This document shows positions 39,339 to 51,499 of a stretch of DNA of 64,000 nucleotides, piece after piece; the first letter of the stretch is position 1, and each line of letters opens with the position of its first letter. This stretch comes from Octopus sinensis. Its lineage: Eukaryota. Below the pieces are notes generated by a model. It was not told the origin of the DNA. It saw only the letters and a list, made by a program, of their open reading frames with translations, and did not search any database. The position numbers and the translations under genes are program-made. The DNA is taken from positions 43,276,001 to 43,340,000 of the forward strand of contig NC_043002.1 of NCBI RefSeq assembly GCF_006345805.1, read 5' to 3'.

Positions 39339-39916
39339 ATATGCGTACGTGCACATGTATTTTCTTTCGATGTAAATGCCAGTCTGTCTACGTTGCCTGG
39401 AGACTTTATTAACTGAACAGCAACTAATCTTGATATCTAGATTACTTTATCGTATATATTTTTTATGTTCTTTCTTTCTTTTTGCTTCTATATTCCTTAA
39501 CTATTCTTTTCCTTTCTTTCTTTTTTTTTCAGTTTTTATTCGTTTCTTTCTTTTTATTTATTCATCTATTTATTTATTTATTTAATACTTTGTTGATTTA
39601 CTTCACTCTTTCTTCTAGTCTAATTCGTTCCTCCAATTCCTTTTATATTTCATGGCCACCCCATCGTCGGCATCACAAATTAAAAAAAAAAAAATCTTTG
39701 AAATACCAAAATAAACAACAAAAACCAGCAGCAGCAGCAGCAGCAAAAGCAACAACAATAATAACACAGAGACAACAACGGTAATAAAATGTATAGGAAT
39801 ATGAAAATGAAGGAATAGGAGTAGGAACAGATCTGTTGCTATTAATAGAACATAGTTGATCAGCAAAGGGAACACTAAACTGCCGGATAACAGCAAACTA
39901 GAGGGAGAGAGAAAGA

Positions 39917-39953
<37 letters not shown>

Positions 39954-40090
39954 TGAGTGAGATCGATTAGCGTTTGAAACTGGAAAGCAAATGAAGTGTG
40001 GGGTAGGATATTGATTGGGTTACGCCCACTCAGTTACAAACACACATACACAGGCGCAGTCTTGCACATAAAGATTATATCTGTTTATAC

Positions 40091-40144
<54 letters not shown>

Positions 40145-40335
40145 GTTGTAGTGTTAGTGTGCGTGCGTGTGATCGCGCGCACACAACATATTCGCAAAAC
40201 ACGTATACGCACAAATACAGATCCAGCAACACTACATGCATACGTACACGTACAAATATGCACATGAAGACCGACACTCATCAACCTGTGTGCATCTACA
40301 CACATACACGCGCGCGCGTTGACACTCTCCCTCAA

Positions 40336-40367
<32 letters not shown>

Positions 40368-40592
40368 CAATTTACCCTCTCACTCACACATACACACATA
40401 CACTCAAACGTCCGCGTTTGCAACTACGCTTGCGTGCATCTTGTCACGTGTCGCAGTCAACTACTGACATGTCCCACCTGACATGTTTATCATAACCCAA
40501 TGACAATGTCAGCACCCGAACACTTCAATCCTAAATCTCTATTGAAGGCGGGACATTCACACACACACAGACACGCACACACAAACACACAC

Positions 40593-40633
<41 letters not shown>

Positions 40634-40720
40634 CACACACACGCGCGTGCACACACACACACACCACACACACACACACACATACACACAAACACACACA
40701 CACACACACCACACATACGT
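38595..40720. repeat. Simple-repeat-rich region: (TG)n, (GATA)n at 38718-38785, (GA)n, (CA)n, (GCA)n
   Basis: Direct inspection. Confidence 0.9.
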
Positions 40721-41517
40721 ACGTACAACCACTCGGGAATATCTATAACACCCCGCTGACATGCACACATGCGAGCACATGTCAGATATTCGCATTCATC
40801 AACGAGCACCTTCATAAGTACGTAAAACTGCAGGAAACTTTAAATGGGTGTTCGACTTGCAAAAAACTGTAGCCAAATTTCCGTAAAAATCACATCCTAC
40901 ACGATGATATATGAACATATTGCATGATGTAGTCCTACTTACAGCAAATCTAAAACAAAATACTGAATGACTTCGACCGAAGACTTGTAATTATAGATCA
41001 ACTAGTTCGGGACTGGCCTGCGATAACACACTTCATTTGCTTTCCAGTTTCAAACGCTAATCGATCTCTCCCCCCCCTCTCTCTCTAGTTTGCCATTTAA
41101 TGTTCACTTTGCTAATCAACTATGTTCTTATATTATTATATTCCTATACATTTTATTATTAATGTAAAGTATACTAGCCATCTCAATATGGCTAACCACT
41201 AAGGGCGGGTGTTACTGTAGCTTTTAGTTCCAGGAGATCATCGTCTCCAGCTGGCTTTAGGCACACTTTCTGTGCCCTTATGGTATTTGCAAAGGGAGGT
41301 CATCCCTCTCTCGTAAACCTAAGTGACACGCACGGACTGCAGCTTCGAGGTATTTGTGTCTTCGGTGTACGGTAGTCACCAGTTTTCGATGAAGGGAGAC
41401 CTTTTTGCAAATATTTATTTATTGTTTTTCCAGTAACTTCCGTCACTGATTTCGAAAAACTGCCTGCAAGCATCTCATTCAGAGATTTATTATTGACATT
41501 TTATTATTGTCTCTGTG

Positions 41518-41830
41518 TTATTATTACCACCGCCTTCGCTTAAGCGGAGGTATTGTATTCAGTCATCTTTGTTTGTCCGTGCACAAGATTTCTCAAGAAC
41601 CGCTGGATGGATTCGGGTGAAACTTTCAGAGATGTTTGGCCTTGTGACTGGCACGAACTGCTTAGATTCTGGCTTATTTTACCATTTTTTAAACTTAATT
41701 TTTGAGAGCAGTCGTGTTCATTTTTAGTATTCTCGTTTGTGAGAGCAGACAATTTTATCTCAGATATTCTCATTTTAAAAATCATCTTCGGCTAATCGTT
41801 GAGAGGAAGCGGCGCCACCTCAGGTTGTTA
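41518..41830 (+). mobile_element. Helentron/DINE-1-like non-autonomous element (HINE)
   Basis: ttattaccaccgcc..gcggaggtat short inverted repeat, then gtttgtccgt and the gatttctcaagaacc..gatggatt..tgaaact core; 3' boundary uncertain. Confidence 0.5.
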
Positions 41831-42179
41831 GTAAGTTGTTTTACTGATATTTTTCATAGTGTTAAAACGTGTAATTTTTGTGCTGAAATGTTTGTGTTTG
41901 AACACATTTGTGAACTATTTTTGCTGCCTTGTAGCAGCTTGTTTGTGCTTTCTCTCCTCTTATAATGAGAGTTAGCCCAATGGGAAAAAGCAAAAAAAAA
42001 AAAAAAAAAAAAATTTTTTATTCAGACCTCAGTTCGAAGACGAACTGTTGCAGGCTATTGGAAAAATGGACGAGAAATTGAAGGAAGACAGAAAGTTTGC
42101 AGTTGTGGTAAGATGCCAAGAAGATGAAGTAGACATGGGGAAAATTGCTAGCTATAAGACAATGATGAGTAAGGACGGT

Positions 42180-42892
42180 TCTATATATATACTTAATCAT
42201 ATCGAAGGGAAATGGAAATTAATAGAAATTTTTCCCTTCCAGTGGCCTAGCGTGTAAAAATTTAGCCCAAAGACTATGTATTACTAATAAAATACAGTGT
42301 ACATTTAAACACATAAGGAATCCACTCGTGGGATTCAACGCGCTAGAAAAAATAGTTAGGTTCCATAACCATAAAATTAGGGATTATATCTCGACAGGAA
42401 CGAAATGAAAAAATAAAAACTAGTTTCCTGGACCAATTGGTTTCTGATTTTAGTTTACCAAATAAATAATATTCGCTAGTTGAAATCGTCATCAACAGGT
42501 ACACCTTAGATTGAATATATAAAACACGAGGTAATCAACTATGTGCCTCTTGTTTATACATCCTAATTTTTTCAAAATCTACTGTGTAGGCGCAGCCCCT
42601 CGTCGGCAATAAAAAAAAATGCCAACTTTTAAAATTCGAAAATTATCCAAAAACTTACAATACTTAATCATATCGAAGGGAAATGGAAATTAATAGAATT
42701 TTTCACTTCCAGTGGCCTAGCCCTTTCATGCAAACCCATGTAAATTGTACTCCTTGACTTTTAAACAAACAATAACTTCTATTATGCCATTAAGTATATA
42801 TCAATGGTGCCGATTCTGCTCATAAGAAAGGAGCAAATAATACAATGTGCTTGTAGGGCATAACACACGGGCAACGTCGGGAAGCATTCGTG
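42180..42892 (+). mobile_element. Probable non-autonomous Helitron with 60-bp internal duplication
   Basis: 5' TCTATATATA; 3' acacgggcaacgtcggg hairpin with a degenerate CTAG before (TA)n; 42190-42251 repeated at 42661-42721. Confidence 0.5.
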
Positions 42893-43021
42893 GTATATAT
42901 ATATATATATATTATATATATATCTATATATATATATATAGGACGGCCTTCTTTCAGTTTCTATCTACCAATCTACTGCTTTGGTTGGCCAAGGCTATAG
43001 TAGAAGTCAGTTGTATGTATG

Positions 43022-43121
43022 NNNNNNNNNNNNNNNNNNNNNNNNNNNNNNNNNNNNNNNNNNNNNNNNNNNNNNNNNNNNNNNNNNNNNNNNNNNNNNN
43101 NNNNNNNNNNNNNNNNNNNNN
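43022..43121. other. Assembly gap (100 N)
   Basis: Run of n. Confidence 1.
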
Positions 43122-43407
43122 TATTACATTAATAATGAAACAATTGTTCAGGGTTAATCTATGTTTCACTTACCTTACGTTAAATGTAGTGGTATTTCTT
43201 CTTGGAAACAACTTTTAATGGCTATACCATTAGCGGATCTATTTTTAGCACTAGAGTGAACCACATAGTGGTCACTCTCTCATATTTATGTATATATACA
43301 TATACATATATACATATATATTGTGTGTATATATAATATATATATATACATATATATATCTATAGATACAACATACATATACATATATATATACACATAA
43401 ATAATAT

Positions 43408-43438
<31 letters not shown>

Positions 43439-43772
43439 ACATACTATACATACTATATATAGATATATATTTATATTTATATATGTATGTATATATGTTT
43501 ATATATAACATACTGATATATAGATATAGATATGTAAACGTATCTATACACACACACACACAAACAAGCACAGGCAGCCACATGTGTTCCGTGTTATCCT
43601 TAGAAGCAGTGAACGAATTTTCAACTTGAGCCAAATTCAACGAACTATTCCTAATCCTTGTAATAGTATTCGTGTAAATAATGTCAGGAGACGCCAGTTT
43701 GTGTGTGCATCAGTTCATATAAAAGTAGTAATAATGAAGTCAAACCAAATAATCCATTTTGGGTGGGGGTTC

Positions 43773-44172
43773 ATAGGTGTGGTAGTGTGGCAAGAAGCTT
43801 GTTTCTCAACCACATAGTTTCCGGCTTCAGTCCCACTGCATGGTACCTTGGCCTAATGTCATGTACTATAGCCTCGGGCCGACCCGACTATTGTGAGTGG
43901 ATTTGGTAGATAGGAACTGAGAGAAGCCCGTCTTATATATGTATATATCTGTGTACGTATGCATGTGTGTGTATTGTTTGTATGACCGCTTGAGAACCAA
44001 TGTTGATATGTTTACGCTCCATTTATCTTAGCGGTTCGGCAAAAGAGACCAATAGAGTAAGTACCAAGCTTGCCAAAATTTAAGGATTAGGATGGATTGA
44101 TTCGACTAAAATTTCTCCTAGGCAGTGCTCCGGCATGACAGCAGTCTGATAATTGAAACAAGTAAAAGATAA
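43773..44172 (+). mobile_element. SINE family 1, diverged copy
   Basis: Collinear with 14232-14650. Confidence 0.82.
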
Positions 44173-44239
44173 ATGATCGTGAAAGCGTTTAATGCATTCA
44201 TATCAGATCTTGCATAATATGTAATAGTAAGTTATCATC

Positions 44240-45060
44240 ATCATAACTCTACTCAACACTGTGCTAAAGATTTTAGGTAAGGTGCTCGCCAAGAGGCTGA
44301 CTCTTGGTGCTGGTAGTCTAGTTGGGGATGCACAACTTGTGCAATATCCAGTAGGTCTATCCACGACAATCTCCACCTCATGCGATACATCGTAGAACGG
44401 GTCGGGAATAGAACTGGCTTTGGAGGGGCACTGGTCAATTTGGACCCCAGCAAAGTTTTTGAATGAGTGGAACATCGGGATTTTGTGTCTGTCCTAAAGG
44501 TTAGCGATTTCGGTTCCTTCTTCAGAGGCTGGATGACCACAATGTTTAGTAGCATCTGACCGGTCGTCAAATTAAATGACCACCTTTCGGTATTTGAGGA
44601 GCATATGAAAAGCATCCCGCTGGAACTAGGTCACGGCAATTTGAGGAGCATCCCACTTGTATTCGTCCACAAGAGAGCTGTGTCTGCATGCGCAGACGAC
44701 GTCACTGTCATGATATCGGATTCTTCGGATATGGAAACTATCGACATTACACTGAAATAATATCAGACATGTTTAGGAGCACTCATAAACCAGGACAAAT
44801 TAGTAGGTCTGCAAGTAGGCTCTTAGGGAGGCAAGTTCCTGTGGACTAACAGCTATTTCTATCGCTGGACGGAGGTTCCGGTGAAATTGCTCGGCGTATG
44901 GTTCGGATCAGTTCTTCGGGTAGATAGGAACTGGGAAGAGGTTATAGCTAGGGTGGCCAAGTTCATCTGAAAATTGACAGAAAGGAAGCTGTCTCTGAAA
45001 GGGTGGGCGGAAGTAGCGAATGCATATATCGTCTCGGTAGTGTTCTACCTCCCAGCCGTC

Positions 45061-45061
<1 letters not shown>
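44240..45061 (+). mobile_element. Tx1/L1-clade RT remnant
   Basis: ITLLNTVLKILGKVLAKRL..SIHDNLHLMRYIV..ACADDVT..PVKLLGVWFG; homologous to 19090-19900. Confidence 0.8.
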
Positions 45062-45099
<38 letters not shown>

Positions 45100-45100
<1 letters not shown>

Positions 45101-46391
45101 GAGGGGCGTTCAATAAGTAATGCCCCTGACCCACTTCCCATAGCAGTAGAGCAACGAAACTTGGTACAGTTATTAGACTTTTTCTACATAGGAACGATCC
45201 AGAGTTACGCATTTCTCCCATCGTTTGATGCAGCTCTGGAGACCGTTTTTGTAGAAGACACCAGTTTGGTCCTCCAACCACGACGTGACTTCAGAAATCA
45301 AGGCTGCATCATCTGGGAAACGCTTTCCTTTCAAAAACAACTTCATAGCTGGGAAGAGGTGAAAATCAGAGGGTGCAAGGTCAGGAGAGTAGGGGGGATG
45401 GGGGAGGAGTTCATAGACGCACGCCTGTGCTTCTGATCTGGCGACAAGCGAGTTGTGACCGGAGCGTTGTCCTGCAGGAGGAGGATGCTTTTGCTGATCT
45501 TGCCCTGCCTCTTGATTTTGATAGCTTCTATTAATTTCCTCAAAAGTGAAGTATAATAGGCTCCTGTAATTGTGGTACCCTTTGCCAGGAAATCTGTCAT
45601 CACTACTCCGTCCTGGTCCCAGAAGACTGTGAGCATGACCTTTGCCAGCGGAGGGCTGCACCCTTGCCTTCTTTGGAGGCGGTGAGTCACGGTGCTTCCA
45701 CTGCATTGACTGGGCTTTGGTCTCTGGATCATAGTGATGGACCCAGGTTTCATCCTGTGTAATCAGTCTTTTGAAAAATTTTGACTCATCTTCTTGGCAC
45801 ATCTCCAAATTTATCCTCGAGCACTCGACGCGTTCTTGCTTCTGGAAAGGTGTGAGCAACCTGGGAATCCATCTGGCAGACACCTTTTGCATATGCAAAT
45901 GGTCATGAATGATAGTTTCCACAGACCCGGTACTAATCTTGACCTCATGGGCTATTTGGCGAATAGTTATGCGTCGATCTTCCAAAATGGCAGCCTCAAC
46001 TTGACGGACATATGCCTCATCAATGGCAGAAGGGGGCGACCAGATCTGGGAGCTGTTTCCACAGAGTTCCGACCATGTTTAAATTCATGATGCCAGCGTT
46101 TTACAAGGTCATATGATGGGGCATCATCACCATAAGTTACTTTCATTTCATTAAAAGTCTCCCGTGGTGTGCGTCCTTTCAAATACAAAAACCGGATCAC
46201 TGCTCGACACTCAACTGGCTCCATTTCACACTTGACTCTGTTCAAACACCTGTAAATCAGAAACCACAATTGGCTTAGAGCTGTAATTTTCCACTTAATC
46301 TATAGAGATATAAATAATTGCACATACAAAATCTCAGCTAGATCAAGCAGCTGCAAGTGGGTCAGAAGCATTACTTATTGAACGTCCCTCG
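45100..46391 (-). mobile_element. Full-length (1292 bp) mariner transposon, irritans-like
   Basis: 37-bp TIRs with 3 mismatches (cgaggggcgttcaataagtaatgcccctgacccactt); TA target within (TA)n. Confidence 0.95.
45173..46224 (-). pseudogene. Mariner DDD transposase, about three frameshifts
   Basis: MEPVECRAVIRFL..; WIPRLL; QDETW; KVMLTVFWD; QDNA; HPPYSPDLAPSDF, split over three ORFs. Confidence 0.93.
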
Positions 46392-46409
46392 TATATATAT
46401 ATATATGAC

Positions 46410-46900
46410 GGCTTATCCTGTCCTTCTCATAAGCTGTCTCCTCAATGCGTTCAAAATAATGTTTCCATCGTCTTGACTAAACAACCCTCATCGTTTGTTT
46501 TTACTGTGTTATTCTCCTTGTCCTGGCTTTTACTGTTTTTATTTGTATTGTTTTTACTGTCCTGTTCTTGTTACCACTTTTACCCCTCCGCAAAAAATCC
46601 CAAATTTTATTTAATTTGATTTGCGGGAAGGACTGTTTCAACGAAGTCGCGTCTTGCGCTTACGTTCAAAACACGGAGTAGATGAAACAGGGACAACTGA
46701 AGAAGGGGAATATTCCTTGTGTTGTATGTCTTGTACTCTGTTTTTTCGTTATTTGAAAAAAAGGTCGTTTCCATGTTTGTTTTTATGTTTTCGTTTTTCT
46801 TTGTGTTCAACCTTTTTTGGTGTCCTGTACCCATAAATGTATGTATACATACTTATAGATGTAGGTATGTACATATATGTATGTATATATACATATGTTT
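46410..46900. repeat. Interspersed non-coding repeat (family of 29480-30010)
   Basis: Collinear similarity with 29480-30010. Confidence 0.75.
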
Positions 46901-46947
46901 ATAATTTTTTTACTTATTATATATTTATGCGCGCGTGTGTGTATGTG

Positions 46948-46948
46948 G

Positions 46949-46982
<34 letters not shown>

Positions 46983-47021
46983 ATATATATATCACACATA
47001 TATGATATATATATTATATAC

Positions 47022-47070
<49 letters not shown>

Positions 47071-47229
47071 CATATATATTATACATATATATAATTAGAT
47101 AATTATGTCTTACCCAACTTCTTTTCTCATCAGCGTAGGACACTACAATTATGAATAATTGTATATTAAATTATGAATAATTGTAGTTGAGATGATGCCT
47201 TCTAGTATCTCGAAATTTAATATACAATT

Positions 47230-47269
<40 letters not shown>

Positions 47270-47289
47270 ATATATATACATATATATAT

Positions 47290-47320
<31 letters not shown>

Positions 47321-47349
47321 CATACATTAGATATATATAATACATACAT

Positions 47350-47381
<32 letters not shown>

Positions 47382-47645
47382 CATATATATATTATATATA
47401 CATATATAATACATATATATATATATATTATATACATATATATATATCATATATATATATATATATATAACATATATATATACATATATATATAATAATA
47501 TACATATATATATATCATATATATCTTACATATATATATATATATATATATACATATATTAATACATATATATATCTACATATATAAATATATCTATATA
47601 TATACATATATATATACTCTAGATATGTATATATAAGAGATATAT

Positions 47646-47718
<73 letters not shown>

Positions 47719-47902
47719 TCTATATATATGTATATATATATATGTATATATATGTATATAGCTATTGTATATATATATGTATAATATATAATGTATATAT
47801 CTAGTGTATATATATGTATATATATAGTATATTATGTATATATATATATGTATATATCTATGTATATATATGTATATATATGTATATATATGTATAATAT
47901 AC

Positions 47903-47952
<50 letters not shown>
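46948..47952. repeat. ~1-kb degenerate (TA)n tract
   Basis: Direct inspection. Confidence 0.95.
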
Positions 47953-47955
<3 letters not shown>

Positions 47956-48172
47956 CGAGCTGGCAGAAACGTTAGCGCGCCGGGCGAAATGCTTAGCGGT
48001 ATTCGTCGTCGTTACGTTGTGAGTTCAAATCCGCCGAGGTCGACTTTGCCTTCATCCTTTCGGGGTCGATAAATTAAGTACCAGTTACGCACTGGGGTCG
48101 ATGTAATCGACTTAATCCCTTTGTCTATCCTTATTTGTCCTCTATGTTTAGCCCCTTGTGGGTAGTAAAGAA
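47953..48172 (+). mobile_element. tRNA-derived SINE family 2
   Basis: ggcgagctggcagaaacgttagc..gagttcaaatcc..gtcgactttgccttcatcctttcggggtcgataaattaagtacc. Other copies at 54040-54245 (-), 54683-54865 (+) and 55885-56060 (-). Confidence 0.85.
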
Positions 48173-48186
48173 ATATATATATAATA

Positions 48187-48848
48187 ACAAAGGGTAAAAT
48201 TAATTAATTAAGAAGTAATCAGTAATTTCACCAAGTAGAATTCGTCATGAAAAAGACCATTTCATGGTAAGCTTAAGTAATACTTTATAATTAGGGTTCA
48301 GCAAAGATTTGCTTCACCACATACCGAAGTTTAGAAATAGTAGTCAAAAAAATCTTAGCTATTCCTTCTACTTTAAAAGGGGCTCCCAGAAAAACCAAAG
48401 TACTTGAAAACAATCCACGCAGGCAAAAGGGAAAAATAACGAAAATCAATCGATATTAGGTTACCCACGTACGCGCGTTTCGGGATTTGATCGGCATAAA
48501 GAATAAATAATTATACCTTACCCAACCATTTTCGGCTCTTCAGCGTGCGATTCCTCAAATATTAATCATTAAATATTAAATTTGAAGGCACTGGAAAATA
48601 TCACTTCACCTAACGGTATCAGAGAGATCATATTCAGTGCTAGTGCCGCCAAATTCACAATACGAGTGAGAGTTCCTCACCTTCCCCTGCCCATTAGCGT
48701 GTCGGAAAGTAAGATGCTACAGAGAGAAACTGTATTTTGTTATCTGGGAGAAGAATTCCACAAAGGGTAAAATTAATTAATTAAGAAGTAATCAGTAATT
48801 TCACCAAGTAGAATTCGGCATGAAAAAGACCATTTCATGGTAAGCTTA
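48187..48848 (-). mobile_element. Non-coding element with 89-bp terminal direct repeats and a hammerhead motif (retrozyme- or PLE-derived)
   Basis: 48187-48275 repeats at 48760-48848 (period 573); TA-rich flanks. Confidence 0.7.
48466..48547 (-). ncRNA. Type I hammerhead ribozyme motif (minimal palindromic stem III, long stem II)
   Basis: Minus strand reads cacg-CUGAAGA-G..C-GAAAC-gcgc-GUA-cgug. All core bases are present, stem I has 4 bp, and acgcgcgu is self-complementary. Confidence 0.6.
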
Positions 48849-48878
48849 CATATATATATATATAATAATATATATATA

Positions 48879-48910
<32 letters not shown>

Positions 48911-49826
48911 TATATCAGCATTCCTCAGTACATCCTGCTTTCAGTTTCTTAGTGAAACTGATGTTGCTAATACATTATGTAGTGGGGAGGAAGTTGAGTT
49001 CAGGGAGAAGATAGTCACAGAGACTGTTTGATTTGTCAAGTATTCGGTTAGTTTTGGTGCTTGAATGGTCTGGGGAAAGAACAGGAGCAGTATATACTGA
49101 GTATTACTAACAGACAAATTATTTTAAAATTACTGTTTGTTATATGCAATTCATTTTCAAATTTTTGGTTTTTGTTATATATATATTTATTTATATATAT
49201 AAACTACGGATCTTTTCTATTCTGAAGCCAGTTTTTTCAAATTTTTCCTACTGAACCAAACAATTTGAAACTTCGTATACTGGTAGAATGTGTCAAAAGT
49301 AAACTTAATTGTAAACCAGAATGAAAACGGAATTGTAACTTCTAAGTTTAACGTTGTTTAATAATTAGAATTTTAACAATGATATTCCGTCATTCGGCTT
49401 TATTTATTTACTCCGTCTCGACCACCAATTTCGTGACGTATTAAACAATGTAAACAAGCTATAGTCAGCCACCTTCTAATAACAAAAGTTTGTCTTTGAA
49501 GTTACCGTCTAGGGGAAGCATTGATGTACATGTGTGTGTGTGGTGTGTTTGATGGGGTGTGGGAGACAGTATGTTGTGTAAGTGAAGTGCTTCTGTTGTT
49601 AGTGTGTGAAGAGACAAGAGAAGTAATGTGTGAAAGAGAGAGATAACTGAAATTTTTTACTCGGTGTATGTGTATATGCCTGAATGTATGTGTGTATGTA
49701 TCTGTGTATGTGTATGTATGTATGTATGGCCGATTCAATTCAATGTAATTTTTTACACATACTTCACACACACACATACATACACACACACACATGCAGA
49801 CATACATATACACATACACCGAGTAA

Positions 49827-49874
<48 letters not shown>

Positions 49875-51499
49875 TTAAAAATATGGTAAAGTAAAAATTA
49901 CTTAAACCACACACCGAGCTTTTTAGAAATAGCAGCCAAAAATTTCTCAACTGCAAGAAAAAGTCTCCCAGACAATGCATACTCAGAAATAATTCACATA
50001 CGTATAAGAGAAAAACAACGAAAAATCACATGGATTCTCCGATATATGTTATAAAAATATGGATTCTCCGATATAATTATAAAAATATGGTAAAGTAAAA
50101 AAATTACTTTACCACACACAAAGCTTTTTAGAAATAGCAGACGTGCTTATAAGCCGTCTTCAACTACGTCACAAAAACTGCTTTCAACGTCACACTAACA
50201 GATCGCAGTAACGTTTTAGATATGAAAACAAGCAATCTCATTGTTAAAATTCGCAGTTTTAATCTACGATTAAAAGTCATAAAATAGATTTTTCTCAAAT
50301 AAACTAGTTCTAACTGGCGAATAAACTAGTTCCACTCTATGAGTACACAAAGTTTCAAATTATTTAGTTAACTAGAAAGATCTGGGGTCCTGGCCACAAA
50401 TTTGAAAAGATCCTAAACTACTGTTAACAACAGTCGGGATGCGTGGTGTTCAGTTAATAAATGAAAAACGTAGGACAGACACAGAAGGACTGTAATTCTT
50501 CATCAGTTTCGTACCTTTAACGATAAGACTGGGAACTTCGTATATCGATGACACCCGCAAGATTTGGGTAGAATGAGGGCTCGTGCAAATAAGACAATAC
50601 AGGGCGGACGTACTAAAGTAAACAAATGTAATTTGAAACGATAGACGAAGACAATAAATAAAGTGTGAGGTATATTTGCCATCTCAATATGGCTAACCAC
50701 TAAGGGTGGGTGTTACAGTAGCTTGTAGCCCCCGGCCAAACACGAGTATGATAGGTAACGCCTAGAAGAAATCCTTAAATGGATATAGAAAAAGAGAATT
50801 AGAAAGAGAGGAGAAAAAGTTGACAGGCACGTTAGGTGTCCGGTGCTGAAAAAGCAGAGATGGGAAAATTAGTCACGGGTCACGTGTGAGCAGTAGATAG
50901 AAGGGAAGGAGGATGAAAGAGAGGGAGAGAGAGAGAGAGAACAGCGAAGGGAATGGTGAAAGTGTACAATTAAGTGTGAGAAGACGAGAGAGAGGGAGAC
51001 AGGAAGTAGGGATGCTAGGAAAGGAATATTAGGACGAGAGAAAAAGAAAGAGACGCAAAAAATATATAAAAAGTTACTGTCTACAAAAGTCGGGATGCGT
51101 GGCGTTCAGTCACCCAATAAATGAAAAAAATCATTAGATATTACACAGTCCGTTCAAAGAACGAAAGAAAAGTAAAACAGAGAGGAAAAAAAAAAGAAAA
51201 AAAAAACCAACGTGAGAACGTGCACAAGCAATATATTAATTCGAACTCGGTGAAAGAAGAAAGTTGTTAATGCTTTTCAAACATAGCTCTTTGTCAGAAA
51301 CAAGAAAGTCCAAAGAGAAAGAAAGAAAAATAAAGAAAAATCGCCAACACTCCACGTGCGGTTACATTTATATATATATGTATATTGAGTAACTTTATAT
51401 TAAGGAGTGGAACGTACAAGTTTCTGTGTGTCAGACTGCATCATAGTACCAACATACGAAATAGAAAAGGCATTGCCCCAGACGGTGACGAGGGAGATG

